Position numbers and translations under genes: made by a program | The notes under the pieces: generated by a model | The model's input: the letters and a program-made list of their open reading frames with translations, nothing else | Told to the model about the DNA's origin: nothing | The model's database searches: none | Assembly (NCBI GenBank): GCA_965230895.1 | Contig: OZ246394.1 | Coordinates: 1,313,887-1,377,886, forward strand | From: an uncultured Gammaproteobacteria bacterium | Lineage (GTDB): Bacteria > Patescibacteriota > Microgenomatia > Levybacterales > UBA12049 | DNA: 64,000 nt | Reading direction: 5' to 3' | Part shown: one piece after another, positions 30,111 through 41,372 of the stretch | How positions within the stretch are numbered: position 1 is the first letter of the stretch | Layout of the letters: the number at the start of each line of letters is the position of its first letter

Positions 30111-31318
30111 AAAAAACAAATGTAAGAAAATGCATTTTGTAAATAATTTTACAGCTCAATTCACGGATAACAGCCCAAAATGGCGGAGTAATTTAGTTTT
30201 TAATATACCGTGATTATTTAGGAACTTGTGAAACAAAAATGTGAAAAGAAAAGACAACAAAAACACGAAAATTAGCATTTCTATAACTTTTCATATTTGT
30301 CTATAGTCATGAATACTGAGTCACACTACAGACAGTAGGGTGTTTTGGCAGAATTTATGCTGTTATGCTAATGATTTTTATGAGTGATTTAGATTGATAT
30401 TTCAGTATTTATTGAATGAGTATACTTCATAAAGTAAAGTGGTTTCTCAAAGTGTTCAAAATCCTCATTATTTAGCCTCAAAAAGTGGACAAATGACGGA
30501 GGCGTTTTACTATAGCAACTTAATGTAATAAATTAGTCTTGATTTTGAAAGTATTCTCAAGCATATGAATTCGGACGTCATAGAATCGCTTATTAGCTAT
30601 GTAAAAGGCGATAAGACGACCATTTCATCGTTTCTTAACACACTTTTTTTTGAAACAGTTTGTTCAGTGAATGGAGTTGCTTTTCTTTAGAACCGTTAGC
30701 GTAATGTACTTTACTACATAAAGCAGAAGAGATGGGAAGATCCTGTGGCCTCAGTGTTTTCCACAGCTGCTTGTCTCCCTAGAAGAAACTCCTCTAAATG
30801 CGCTAAGGCCCATAGGGTATTTATCCACATCCCATAACAAAAAAATGTGGAGAACTGTGGAAAGATTAATGGTTTTAAGCCTGAATAGGTGTATCTTAAT
30901 CTGGCTACAGAAGGCAGTAGTGGAACGCCTAGCCTCAAAGTGTTTTGCTACAGGATAAATATGATATGAATAGATGCTATTTGAGTTCGTCGTCTTTTCT
31001 GTTTTCACATAAAGAATAATTTCTGGATAAAAGTGGGTTGAGATTGATGTAAAAAAATCTTCTCTCAATATTTCGTTGCATTGTTTTGTATACATTTTGT
31101 CTAATGCTTTCAAATCATTTCAGTGAATTTAAGTTTGGGAGTAGGGGTTATTAATTATGGATCAAGAAATATTATTAAATGAGGCTATGAGTGTATGCAG
31201 GAGAAATTGCAATTTAAATAAGAAGCCTGGAAAAGTTGTTAGTCGTTAACCCTTTATTATTAATAATTTTATTCAATAATAGATGAATAGACTGATATTA
31301 TTAGTTAATTCTGTTGCA

Positions 31319-31630
31319 TTATTTCTTTTGTTGAGGTGGTGAGCTTTTCTGCCCAGGGCCTATTTCTTCTATTAACAATGTCTCAATGCCGAGAAACACA
31401 TGGACTTCATCTTTTTTAACCTTCATAACTGCTTGCTCAATTTTTAATTCCTTTACTTTCTGCTTCTGGTTATAAACATCTAATTGTGTGTGGATAATAG
31501 AGATGAAGTTCGCATGTTGAGGGTAAACATCGAACTTACCGACTTCATTAAACGATGTAATACGCTCAGCTTCGCCTTCATAAATGATGTTTTCGGTGTC
31601 TTCAACAATTACTTTAAGGGGGACTGACAT
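31319..31630 (-). CDS. atpC: F-type ATP synthase epsilon subunit
   Basis: A 103-aa protein that is the last gene after atpD. The N-terminal beta-sandwich-like sequence (KVIVEDTENIIYEGEAERITSFNEVGKFDVYPQHANFISII) fits epsilon. Confidence 0.7.
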   Translation of the reverse strand: MSVPLKVIVEDTENIIYEGEAERITSFNEVGKFDVYPQHANFISIIHTQLDVYNQKQKVKELKIEQAVMKVKKDEVHVFLGIETLLIEEIGPGQKSSPPQQKK

Positions 31631-31672
31631 ATTGTTAGGGTATCACGAAGCGAATATGGTGTACAAGCTTTA

Positions 31673-33166
<1,494 letters not shown>

Positions 33167-33172
33167 TTATCG

Positions 33173-34066
33173 TTATTCATCTATAAGTGAAAGTACTCCA
33201 GAGATAGTTTCTAGTTGTTTCTTATTTTGCATAAGATGTTTGATACGGACTTGTTCTGAATGAAGTTTCTTTGTTTCTTCTTCAATGTGAACAAGTGCTT
33301 CTTCCATCGCACTTACACGGGAAGCGTGGCGTGCCAACTGGTTTTCAAGGAGCGTCTGGGAAAACAGGTTTGCCATGATTTGTGTTTCAAAAAAGTGAAG
33401 GATTTTCTCTAAATCAGGTTCAAAGATAAAGCGATCTTCACGTGGAATTTCAACTGGAGTTTCTGTTTCAAATATGTCTTCACCACTAATACTTGTTTGG
33501 ATAGGGGTTTGTTTAACAACATTTCCAAACTTTCCATAATAGACATCAACTTTCTCGTATTGCAGGAACTTCTGCATTAATTGTTTAATATGATCAATCT
33601 CAACAGACGTATCAGGGATTTCAAAATATTCGAACTTTTTGCCAACTCCTGATGCTTCATACATTTCTTTTCCAGCTCGTCCAATGATGACAATATCTGT
33701 GTTTGATTCATCAGAATCTTTCACATCGGTGATAAAGAGTTTATATGTTTTTTGTGTTACAGATCCATACAATCTTCCGTTTGATGAGAGGTACACAAGG
33801 AGATTCTTTCCATTCTTTTGAAGAGTAGGGAGAATGTTTTTGTCACCTTTCTTCATTTTTTCGAGCAGTTCTTTTACTTCACGCCCGTAAGATGATTTCA
33901 AATCAACATACACATCAGAAAGGGAAGCAAGAAACGTACGAGTTTTCAAAACAGAATCTTTAATCTTTTGCATACGGACAACTGCGATTTCTTCATATGA
34001 TTCAGCTAAGTCTTTCAGACTGTTAAGTGCTTCTAATTCTTCCAGTACAATTTTTCTTTGCGGCAT
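33173..34066 (-). CDS. atpG: F-type ATP synthase gamma subunit
   Basis: A 297-aa protein located between atpA and atpD. Coiled-coil N- and C-termini (...ITGELLE...) are typical of gamma. Confidence 0.85.
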   Translation of the reverse strand: MPQRKIVLEELEALNSLKDLAESYEEIAVVRMQKIKDSVLKTRTFLASLSDVYVDLKSSYGREVKELLEKMKKGDKNILPTLQKNGKNLLVYLSSNGRLYGSVTQKTYKLFITDVKDSDESNTDIVIIGRAGKEMYEASGVGKKFEYFEIPDTSVEIDHIKQLMQKFLQYEKVDVYYGKFGNVVKQTPIQTSISGEDIFETETPVEIPREDRFIFEPDLEKILHFFETQIMANLFSQTLLENQLARHASRVSAMEEALVHIEEETKKLHSEQVRIKHLMQNKKQLETISGVLSLIDE

Positions 34067-34071
34067 AGTAT

Positions 34072-35553
34072 TTACTGACCAATCTTTAAAAGTGTGTCTT
34101 TATGTTTTAGGACATTTTCATTAAAGACTTTAATATCATTTGTATTTTTAATTTCAAAAAGTAGTTTTTGTCCACCGTAGTGAGGGAAAATATATGCTTT
34201 GATCAATCCGTTTTTCACTTTCTCTAATACTTCTTTGTCCGGAATTAAATTCTGTAAAATCATTGAAAGGAGGATTAACTGAACAGCGAAAGGAACGGTA
34301 ATATGATATGACTGATTGAATAATTTATAAATCATTTCACCAAGACGCAAATCTTTTTTTACTTCATCAGTTAATTCCTGGCCAAAGTGGGAAAGATTTT
34401 GCAATTTATCGTAATTACTGAGAAAAGCAGTGAGTGACTTATTTACTTCACGAGAAAGCTTATCCATTGCTTGGCGCCCAACACGTGTAACGGAAAGAGG
34501 GATATTCACTGCAGGACGCATACCTTGATAGTAAATATTACTGTCCAAATAAATATGACCATCAGTAATACCCATGACATTTGTAGAAACATATCCAGTA
34601 AAGTCTCCTTCAACAATTTCAATAACCGGTAGGCAAGTGATTGAAACTTCTTTAATCATTGGATCTTTATGTTTGAAATTCCCTGCGCGTTCAAGAAGTT
34701 TTGAATGCACATAAAAGATATCTCCCGGATAGGAATCACGACCTGGGAAACGACGGGCAAGAAGCGATAGTTCTCGGTAGAATTTCGCGTGCGTTGAAAG
34801 ATCATCAAGGATTAATAACGTATGTTGTCCTTGATCTCTGAAATATTCAGCAATCGCCATTGCGGCATAGGGAGTTTGGTAAATAAGACTTGGTGAATCA
34901 TAGGAAGAAGTCGCAACGATGATAACTTTGTCAGCAATTTTCTCTTGCTCGAAGAATGCTTGCAGTTTTTTAATATCACTTTTCTTCTTTGCTATTGCTG
35001 CATAAATTGCGATGACGCCTTCATCAATTTGTTTTCTGATAGTCGTCATAAGGATTGCAGTTTTACCAGTTTTTCGATCTCCGATGATAAGTTCTCGTTG
35101 TCCTCGTCCAAGGGGGATAAGCAAATCAATAAGTGTAATTCCTGTTGCAAGAGGAGTCGCGATCTTTTGCCGGCCGGCGATACCAATTGGTTTTGCATCA
35201 AGATCTCGGAATTCCTTTGGAGGAGTAAAAGGCTTTGATGGATCAAGTGGTTCGCCAAGCGGATTGATTGTTTGTCCAAGCAATTCTTTTCCGACAGGAA
35301 CACTTAAGAGTTTATCTGTACGGACAACTTTTGTCCCAACTTTTACTGGATCATGAGAAAAGGTACGTACTTCAACTTTGCCACGGTTAATGGTAAAGAC
35401 TTCACCTTTTTGACCTGTTTCAAACATCACAACCTCATGGGTTTTTACTTTGGGTAAACCTTCAATAAAAACAATAGGATGGCTTACTTGGAATACGACA
35501 CCGTATTCACCGGTTTGTTGCATGATTTCATTGAATTGATTTTCGTTATTCAT
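34072..35553 (-). CDS. atpA: F-type ATP synthase alpha subunit
   Basis: GDRKTGKTAI P-loop, and the ILDDLSTHAKFYRELSLLARRFPGRDSYPGDIFYVHSKLLERA motif. Confidence 0.95.
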   Translation of the reverse strand: MNNENQFNEIMQQTGEYGVVFQVSHPIVFIEGLPKVKTHEVVMFETGQKGEVFTINRGKVEVRTFSHDPVKVGTKVVRTDKLLSVPVGKELLGQTINPLGEPLDPSKPFTPPKEFRDLDAKPIGIAGRQKIATPLATGITLIDLLIPLGRGQRELIIGDRKTGKTAILMTTIRKQIDEGVIAIYAAIAKKKSDIKKLQAFFEQEKIADKVIIVATSSYDSPSLIYQTPYAAMAIAEYFRDQGQHTLLILDDLSTHAKFYRELSLLARRFPGRDSYPGDIFYVHSKLLERAGNFKHKDPMIKEVSITCLPVIEIVEGDFTGYVSTNVMGITDGHIYLDSNIYYQGMRPAVNIPLSVTRVGRQAMDKLSREVNKSLTAFLSNYDKLQNLSHFGQELTDEVKKDLRLGEMIYKLFNQSYHITVPFAVQLILLSMILQNLIPDKEVLEKVKNGLIKAYIFPHYGGQKLLFEIKNTNDIKVFNENVLKHKDTLLKIGQ

Positions 35554-35555
35554 AG

Positions 35556-36083
35556 TTAATTATGTGCTGGTTGCTGCTGCTCTTTTGACGCTTCTTTTTC
35601 AGGTTGTTTTTCCACTGAATTTGTCATCATCTGTTGGACAATCTTATCGAAGAGCGGCTTGATAGATCCATCAACAAACTTTCCTTTATATTGTAATTTT
35701 GCTCCAGCAATCAAATTTGTATCAACCGTAACTTCGAGTAACATTTGCTTTTTTATATTCATGAGGAACCATTCTGAAAGTGCTTGAAGTGTTTTTTCTT
35801 TCGGCTCAAAAGCAATTGTCATACTGAGGACGGGGAGAGTATTGATGGTCGTTTGTATTTTTGCAAAGAACTTTTTTAGATCAGCAGGTGATTCAGGATT
35901 TATTTTGTTATCTCGAAGTAACGTCATAAACTTGTCTTTCTTTTGGATTCCAAATTCGTCAAGCAAAGTGCCTTCCAAGTTGAAATTCGTTTCATACACC
36001 TTGGCCGAAATTCCAGCCAATCGTTGGTTGAAATCCATTGCTTGCGCTTTGGTCTTAAAAAATGATGATAAATCGAGTTCCAT
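35556..36083 (-). CDS. atpH: F-type ATP synthase delta (OSCP) subunit
   Basis: A 175-aa protein whose C-terminal motif NLIAGAKLQYKGKFVDGSIKPLFDKI matches the conserved region of delta/OSCP. It is positioned between atpF and atpA. Confidence 0.75.
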   Translation of the reverse strand: MELDLSSFFKTKAQAMDFNQRLAGISAKVYETNFNLEGTLLDEFGIQKKDKFMTLLRDNKINPESPADLKKFFAKIQTTINTLPVLSMTIAFEPKEKTLQALSEWFLMNIKKQMLLEVTVDTNLIAGAKLQYKGKFVDGSIKPLFDKIVQQMMTNSVEKQPEKEASKEQQQPAHN

Positions 36084-36718
36084 TATTCAAACATGCCTTC
36101 CCGTTTTGCTTTATCGAGTGATTCGATAAGAAGTTTTTGATGTTCTTCTGTAGAGATAGATTTATTCAGAACATCTTGTGCGACTTTTTGTGTAATGCCT
36201 TTTATCATTTGTTCGGTTTGCTTAATACGTGCTTGCTTATATTCAAGCAGTTCACGCTCAAGAGCGGGGAGCATATCATCTTGAAAATGCAATGCTTGCT
36301 TATGTAATCCTTCTTGCATCTCTTTCGAAATAACTTTGAAGTCTTCTAACGATTGATCGGTAAGCTTTTTCAACTCATGCTGGTATTTGTCTCGATAGCT
36401 TTGCGCAATATTGCTTGTGTCTTTGACAATATCGGTTTCCATTTTCTGCAATGATTGGTCAACAGAATCTTTGGAGGTTTGTGCCACAAATTGTGTTTCA
36501 GATATAATTTGACTCGCTTCGGATGTCGCATCATCAAGGATTTTGCGTTCTTTATTTAGCGCATCATCAACAACTTTATGATATTCAGTATCTGTCTTCT
36601 TCTCTCGCTTTTCCAAATCTTTTTCTCTTGAATAGAGGCGCATCATGTAGTAGCCAACAAAGAGGAACAATACCAAATCGGCTGTTAAAGACATGGCTTG
36701 ATAGAATGTGGGCAGCAT
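36083..36718 (-). CDS. atpF: F-type ATP synthase b subunit
   Basis: An N-terminal TM helix followed by a long charged coiled coil. The gene is immediately upstream of atpH and overlaps it by 1 nt. Confidence 0.65.
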   Translation of the reverse strand: MLPTFYQAMSLTADLVLFLFVGYYMMRLYSREKDLEKREKKTDTEYHKVVDDALNKERKILDDATSEASQIISETQFVAQTSKDSVDQSLQKMETDIVKDTSNIAQSYRDKYQHELKKLTDQSLEDFKVISKEMQEGLHKQALHFQDDMLPALERELLEYKQARIKQTEQMIKGITQKVAQDVLNKSISTEEHQKLLIESLDKAKREGMFE

Positions 36719-36762
36719 AGTTATCTTATTTTAGCAGAAATCGGGAAGCTTTGACGCTTGGT

Positions 36763-37569
36763 TTATAGCCTCAAAATTAAGAATGAAACAGTCATTCCTG
36801 CAGCAACGATGATGACAACAATTCCAACATTAAACATAATTCCCAAATGGATAATACGACTTGCTGAGGGATTTCTTCCAAGAGCTTCCACCCCTTTTGC
36901 TGCAGTTCGCCCAAAAGTCATGAATGCAAGCACAAATGAGGCGATGACTACGAGTGCTGCAACAATATACTTGAAAAGTGGTGTTGGACCATCTTTTGTC
37001 GGAAGCAAAGCAAATTTGAAGATATCGGTCAATGAACCAGGAAATGTTGGTTTTGCATTGAAGTAGTGAAGATTAAACTCGACTGCAATCAATCCTGCTT
37101 CTGTTTGATTTGAATTGACGTAATCTTCAAGCGCAGTTCCAAGCACATATCCATCTTTAACTGCTTTTACTCCAACTCCTGGAATCGTTGATGTCGCGAT
37201 AAGATCACCTTTTTTAATTGGGCCTTCCTTATTTGAAACCAACACATACACTGTACCTACAGAAATGACTGGGACACCATTTTCAGTCGCACTATTATTA
37301 AGGATTATGCCTGCATCACGTGAGACAACTCCCATAACTTGAGCATCATAGGGGATATTGGAAAGGACATTACCTTTGTCAGATGAAGAGATAATACTTC
37401 CATCTTTAACATTTTTGACGCTGACATCTACCATTCTGGCGACACCGAGTGTGCCTGCACCTTGTACTGATGATCCTTGAGCATGTGCTTGCGGAACAAT
37501 TGTAATGAAGAGTGATAGGAGAGGTATAAGTATCAAGAGTGTTGATTTTATGAGTGAGGCAGAGAACAT
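36763..37569 (-). CDS. Secreted, membrane-anchored protein of unknown function. It has a signal peptide ending AHAQ, a soluble domain of about 170 aa, and a C-terminal TM hairpin.
   Basis: It is co-directional with atpF and 44 nt upstream of it. The C-terminal 70 aa superficially resemble an ATP synthase c subunit (GVEALGRNP loop between two hydrophobic helices) but lack the essential carboxylate. Confidence 0.5.
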   Translation of the reverse strand: MFSASLIKSTLLILIPLLSLFITIVPQAHAQGSSVQGAGTLGVARMVDVSVKNVKDGSIISSSDKGNVLSNIPYDAQVMGVVSRDAGIILNNSATENGVPVISVGTVYVLVSNKEGPIKKGDLIATSTIPGVGVKAVKDGYVLGTALEDYVNSNQTEAGLIAVEFNLHYFNAKPTFPGSLTDIFKFALLPTKDGPTPLFKYIVAALVVIASFVLAFMTFGRTAAKGVEALGRNPSASRIIHLGIMFNVGIVVIIVAAGMTVSFLILRL

Positions 37570-37602
37570 ACTATTATAGTAACATACTAGAAGGATACTA
37601 GA

Positions 37603-38352
37603 CTATTTTGGTTGGAAATTTGTGAATTCCTGGGCACAATTATTGCCGACACAAGAGACACAACTATAGGTGAAGTTTCCAACGATTGCAGCATGGTGGA
37701 TAGGGTCATTAACCCACCAATTAAACGCAGATTCTTCGGTACTCATCGAAATAATATTTTCTGTATTCCAATAAGAAAGTGCTCTTGAATTGAGACCTGC
37801 ATGAAGGTTTCCTGATGCAACTTCGCCCGCAACTTCAGGTGCTCTTGAAGCTGCTAAACTACACACTTGGTCATTTTTCTGCAATGCAGGTAATCCTCTC
37901 GCAGCGCGGTAATCGTTTGCCATTGAGAATAATTTTTCTGCATCCAATCCACCAGGATTTGCTGTTGATTGGGGAGCTGCTGCTGGAGGTGTTAATGGTG
38001 CTTTTGTTGGTGTTGGAAGATCTTTATCTGTTGGGAGAGGGGTTGGAGTTACTGCGGATTTCTTTGCGTTTGTCGGGGCTTGAGTTGGTGTAATTGACGG
38101 AAGTGTTTTCGGCTCTGCAAGGGCGGATACATAGATAGTTGGGGTAGGATTAGCTAACTTTTCAGGTACTGAAGTAGGATCTATGGCTGCGGTTGTTTGT
38201 GCAGCTAAGACTTGTGGTGTATCCTTCGTTTTTGCGAGAGGAGTGATCGGTTCTGTGGTAGTCTGAGCGTGTGCTACTGTGTGAAATACCACAGTAAAGA
38301 AGCAGAACGCGTATACTGAGAGCAGCGAATAGCCTACTAATTTTCTCCGCAT
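37603..38352 (-). CDS. Secreted CAP/SCP (YkwD-like) domain protein with a Pro/Thr-rich linker
   Basis: Signal peptide ...FHTVAHAQ, a P/T-rich region, and a C-terminal CAP-like core (...NWWVNDPIHHAAIVGNFTYSCVSCVG...). Confidence 0.55.
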   Translation of the reverse strand: MRRKLVGYSLLSVYAFCFFTVVFHTVAHAQTTTEPITPLAKTKDTPQVLAAQTTAAIDPTSVPEKLANPTPTIYVSALAEPKTLPSITPTQAPTNAKKSAVTPTPLPTDKDLPTPTKAPLTPPAAAPQSTANPGGLDAEKLFSMANDYRAARGLPALQKNDQVCSLAASRAPEVAGEVASGNLHAGLNSRALSYWNTENIISMSTEESAFNWWVNDPIHHAAIVGNFTYSCVSCVGNNCAQEFTNFQPK

Positions 38353-38444
38353 TTATATATGGTAGCATGAAATCGTAAATGCGAAAACGGTTATAGTAAT
38401 TCTATTACATTCTGAACTTGTGAAAAGTAGAGGTTAGAGTATTT

Positions 38445-39746
38445 TCACTGTTCTGAAGCGGCTTTTGTAACGGTTTGGAGGACAAGGTCAGGAACATAAA
38501 TGAACTCATCTTTGGCATACCCATTTCTAAGGAGGGCGTCGTGAACATTCTTTGAAAGGACGACTGGGTAATAGTCATCAATCTTGCGCGAGAGCGTTTG
38601 TTGCTCAGTTTGATCTTCAAAGAGATCGTATCCAATGGTGAGTGTGCCTCGTTTGCTTGGAATAGGTTTATATCCAAGCTCCTTTAATCGGTAAAAGAAA
38701 CGGTCTTTGTATTCTGCAATCCCATCTTTTGTGGCTCTAAAAACAATTTTGCGGCCATTGGCTATCTTGAGCACTCTTTTCAAAACAATATCTGAAGGAT
38801 CAATCAAAGTAATGTTTTGGTATTTGTTGGCTATTGAAGCAAGAGAGATGATATCTTCACTCTTGGGTACCACTCGGTGCTGATCCTCTGACTGCACAAA
38901 GCTTTTATGAAATCTATCTCCAATGATGATAATTCTTTTCGGATCCCATCCTTCTTCATTCTCAATGACACGAATATTTTGGCATAGAATATCAAGTTTG
39001 TGTGGCGAAACATCATATGCCTTTTCTCCAGGTAAAAATATCTGGTCATCTTTGACAGGAAAGAAGACATATTCTCCAGCCGTTGAGCCACTGGATTTAA
39101 TCAATGTTTGCTTCAGGTTATCGTACATCCCATCAGTGTTATAAAGGCTCCAAAAGCGAGTGTAATAAGGCTTACTTTCGCTTAGTGTTACAGTCTCGTC
39201 ATCGTAGTGATTGAGGACAAACTGCGCTCCGATAAAGTCACCTTTGCCAATAAAAAGTATTGAATGCCCGTCACGCATTTTGAAGCTTGCCGTACCATTG
39301 GTAATCTGTTCCTGAAGCATCTTCTTCGCTGCATAGACCGTATCAAGCCATGTTCGACGATCAATCGCATCGATGAGTTTTTTTATGCCAAAGATACCAA
39401 AAGAGTAAAGAATGATATTTGGGATATGATAAATAAAGTTTGCTTTGCGGACTGGTTCTCCGATCAGATCCCAAAGGTAATCAACGCCGGTAAGGATTGG
39501 AGGAGGGAAGTTCGTCCAACTTGGCAGACCTGCAGCGAACTGGGCAAATTCCTTCGGAAAGGCCATAAATAGAAATCCAAAGGCAAGGGAAGACGGGACA
39601 GCAATTTGTTTCAACAATTTCGTTGTGCGGTTTTGTTTGGAGACTTTTTCAAAATCAAGAAGGTGATTGATCTCATCAGCGGTAAGCGGCTGATTTTTGA
39701 TGATCTTTTGAGCTGTATCCACAAGCTTTTTCTTCTGATAGTGCAT
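38445..39746 (-). CDS. Hypothetical membrane protein
   Basis: A 433-aa ORF with at least two hydrophobic helices near the N-terminus. I recognised no conserved motif. Confidence 0.45.
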   Translation of the reverse strand: MHYQKKKLVDTAQKIIKNQPLTADEINHLLDFEKVSKQNRTTKLLKQIAVPSSLAFGFLFMAFPKEFAQFAAGLPSWTNFPPPILTGVDYLWDLIGEPVRKANFIYHIPNIILYSFGIFGIKKLIDAIDRRTWLDTVYAAKKMLQEQITNGTASFKMRDGHSILFIGKGDFIGAQFVLNHYDDETVTLSESKPYYTRFWSLYNTDGMYDNLKQTLIKSSGSTAGEYVFFPVKDDQIFLPGEKAYDVSPHKLDILCQNIRVIENEEGWDPKRIIIIGDRFHKSFVQSEDQHRVVPKSEDIISLASIANKYQNITLIDPSDIVLKRVLKIANGRKIVFRATKDGIAEYKDRFFYRLKELGYKPIPSKRGTLTIGYDLFEDQTEQQTLSRKIDDYYPVVLSKNVHDALLRNGYAKDEFIYVPDLVLQTVTKAASEQ

Positions 39747-39819
39747 GCAGAAGTATTATAGATCAGGATCTAATTATTTTGAAGAGTCAGTCTAAAGCAA
39801 GTTCTGCTACACTGGAGGT

Positions 39820-41160
39820 ATGTCATCCTTGAATGCCTTAACAGATCCGACATTAGCAATTATTTTTGAAGCTTCACCTCTGGGCCTTGGTCATTTACGA
39901 GTGTCAGACGCGCTCTATCATGGTTTGCCAAAGAATGCTTCGCCTATTTTACTTGGGGCACAGGCTCCAAAGTCTAGTGCAATGTATCGATTCGCCAGCG
40001 TGCATAGAAGTACAAGAACATTACTTGAGATGATGCAGCTTCCGCCACTTGATCAACCAGTGGCAGCCGTTATGAGAAGATTACTCCGGCTACAATCGAA
40101 AGAAGTCTATCGCCATGTGCGTACAATTCTTAATGAACGATTCACAGTACCGCAAACTGTTCTCATGGTCGCTACTCATGCTATCCATGCGCATCCTTTA
40201 GGTGCCATTAAGAAACAAATGAGTAGAGACTTGGGGATTCAGGCATTTCTTGTTGTGCAAGTAACTGATGATAGTCCTCAGGCAATCTGGTATGTGCCTG
40301 ATGCTGATTGTATTTTTGTTCCAAGTGAATACACGAAAAAGAAGCTTGAAGAATATGCTACTAAGGCACACCTTCCTAAAGTTCCAATCGTTGTTACTGC
40401 GTATCCGATAAGTCCATTGTTAACAGAAGAGTTGTCTGCGTATGATGTTGAAAATCGTAAGGAGCAATTAAATCCTCATTCTGCAGAGAAAATTCATATC
40501 TCCGTACCAATTTCTGGAGCTGCAGTTGGAACTGCATTCAATGCATTATTTATTCAATCATTACGGAGTCTCTCAGATCGATTCCAATTTCATGTTGTCG
40601 TCCGAGAGGCGCAGTTCACCCAATCATTTCTGCAAGCCATGAAAGATTTGCCATATGTTCAGCTAACTGTTTCAACTCACGAACGTGCAACAGTCGATAA
40701 TTATGAGAAATCGTTCAAACAGACGACAATGTCACTGGAACTTACAAAGCCAAGTGAGCAAACATTTAAAGTGTTGGCTGAACCAAAACAGCGAGGGGGA
40801 GTAATAATGTTGTTTACGAAACCAATTGGAGGGCAGGAATACGATAATGTTCGTTTTCTCCACACTCATGGTCTTGTCCCTTCGGAACGCGAAACTGAAA
40901 TGCTTTGGAAACTGGCAGGACGTGCATCTGTAGTCAACGAAGAGATTCTTGCAAAAGCACATACTTGGCGAGGATTAATCGTTCCTGAAGAACCTCAAGC
41001 TGCAGCAGCATTCACTCAATGGTGTTTAGGATCAGGACTGTTGAAAAAGATGATGCAATACACCTTATCGAGTAAACTCCCTGAATCTAAATCAAATGGA
41101 GTAGAACAATTCTGGACAAAAGTTGTACAGTTACTTGAACAGCGGGTTGTAACAACCTAA
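39820..41160 (+). CDS. Putative GT-B glycosyltransferase (MGDG-synthase/UgtP-like N-terminal motif)
   Basis: N-terminal IIFEASPLGLGHLRVSDALYHGL resembles the G.GH..aa.al motif of diacylglycerol glycosyltransferases. The gene is 446 aa and its GC content is slightly higher than that of its neighbours. Confidence 0.4.
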   Translation: MSSLNALTDPTLAIIFEASPLGLGHLRVSDALYHGLPKNASPILLGAQAPKSSAMYRFASVHRSTRTLLEMMQLPPLDQPVAAVMRRLLRLQSKEVYRHVRTILNERFTVPQTVLMVATHAIHAHPLGAIKKQMSRDLGIQAFLVVQVTDDSPQAIWYVPDADCIFVPSEYTKKKLEEYATKAHLPKVPIVVTAYPISPLLTEELSAYDVENRKEQLNPHSAEKIHISVPISGAAVGTAFNALFIQSLRSLSDRFQFHVVVREAQFTQSFLQAMKDLPYVQLTVSTHERATVDNYEKSFKQTTMSLELTKPSEQTFKVLAEPKQRGGVIMLFTKPIGGQEYDNVRFLHTHGLVPSERETEMLWKLAGRASVVNEEILAKAHTWRGLIVPEEPQAAAAFTQWCLGSGLLKKMMQYTLSSKLPESKSNGVEQFWTKVVQLLEQRVVTT

Positions 41161-41272
41161 TCTTTCATCATTTTTACCTCCTTCTTACAGTTCATACCAT
41201 TTACTTCTTACATCAACTCGTTATAGTGGTAGATAGATAAGTTCAGGTATCTAGTTACTCAAATTGACAAAA

Positions 41273-41312
41273 CCCGCCGCTACTCGAAGGCAGTAAGAAT
41301 AGCAATGGCGGG
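41273..41312 (+). terminator. GC-rich imperfect hairpin in an AT-rich spacer. It could be a terminator for the upstream glycosyltransferase-like gene or a leader structure of the kinase gene. There is no U-tract.
   Basis: cccgccgcta...17 nt...tagc-aat-ggcggg. Confidence 0.3.
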
Positions 41313-41372
41313 CCTTGTCACATTTAGAGCCTCATGAAACTTCTAAAGATGTGATATGATATCGCTCAACAC

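Noticed and set aside
30700-30960. A possible tmRNA, RNase P or SRP RNA in the GC-richer island.
   Set aside because: I looked for a tRNA-like 3' end (GGTTCGANTCC...CCA), a tag-peptide ORF ending in ...AA*, and the conserved P-RNA and SRP domain IV motifs. None could be matched convincingly by eye, so this was left as an unassigned structured element.
30714-31113. Minus-strand ORFs of 74 and 120 aa in the spacer.
   Set aside because: The products look random, the two overlap each other, the region is otherwise non-coding with structured inverted repeats, and no RBS or context was seen.
34945-35356. Plus-strand ORFs inside atpA (also 31803-32072 and 32667-32870 inside atpD).
   Set aside because: They are antisense to strongly conserved ATP synthase genes and have no motifs.
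36763-37569. The C-terminal hairpin of the 268-aa protein as the missing ATP synthase c subunit (atpE).
   Set aside because: There is no conserved carboxylate (Asp/Glu) in the second helix and no Gly-rich first helix. The protein carries a 200-aa N-terminal secreted domain. The resemblance is superficial.
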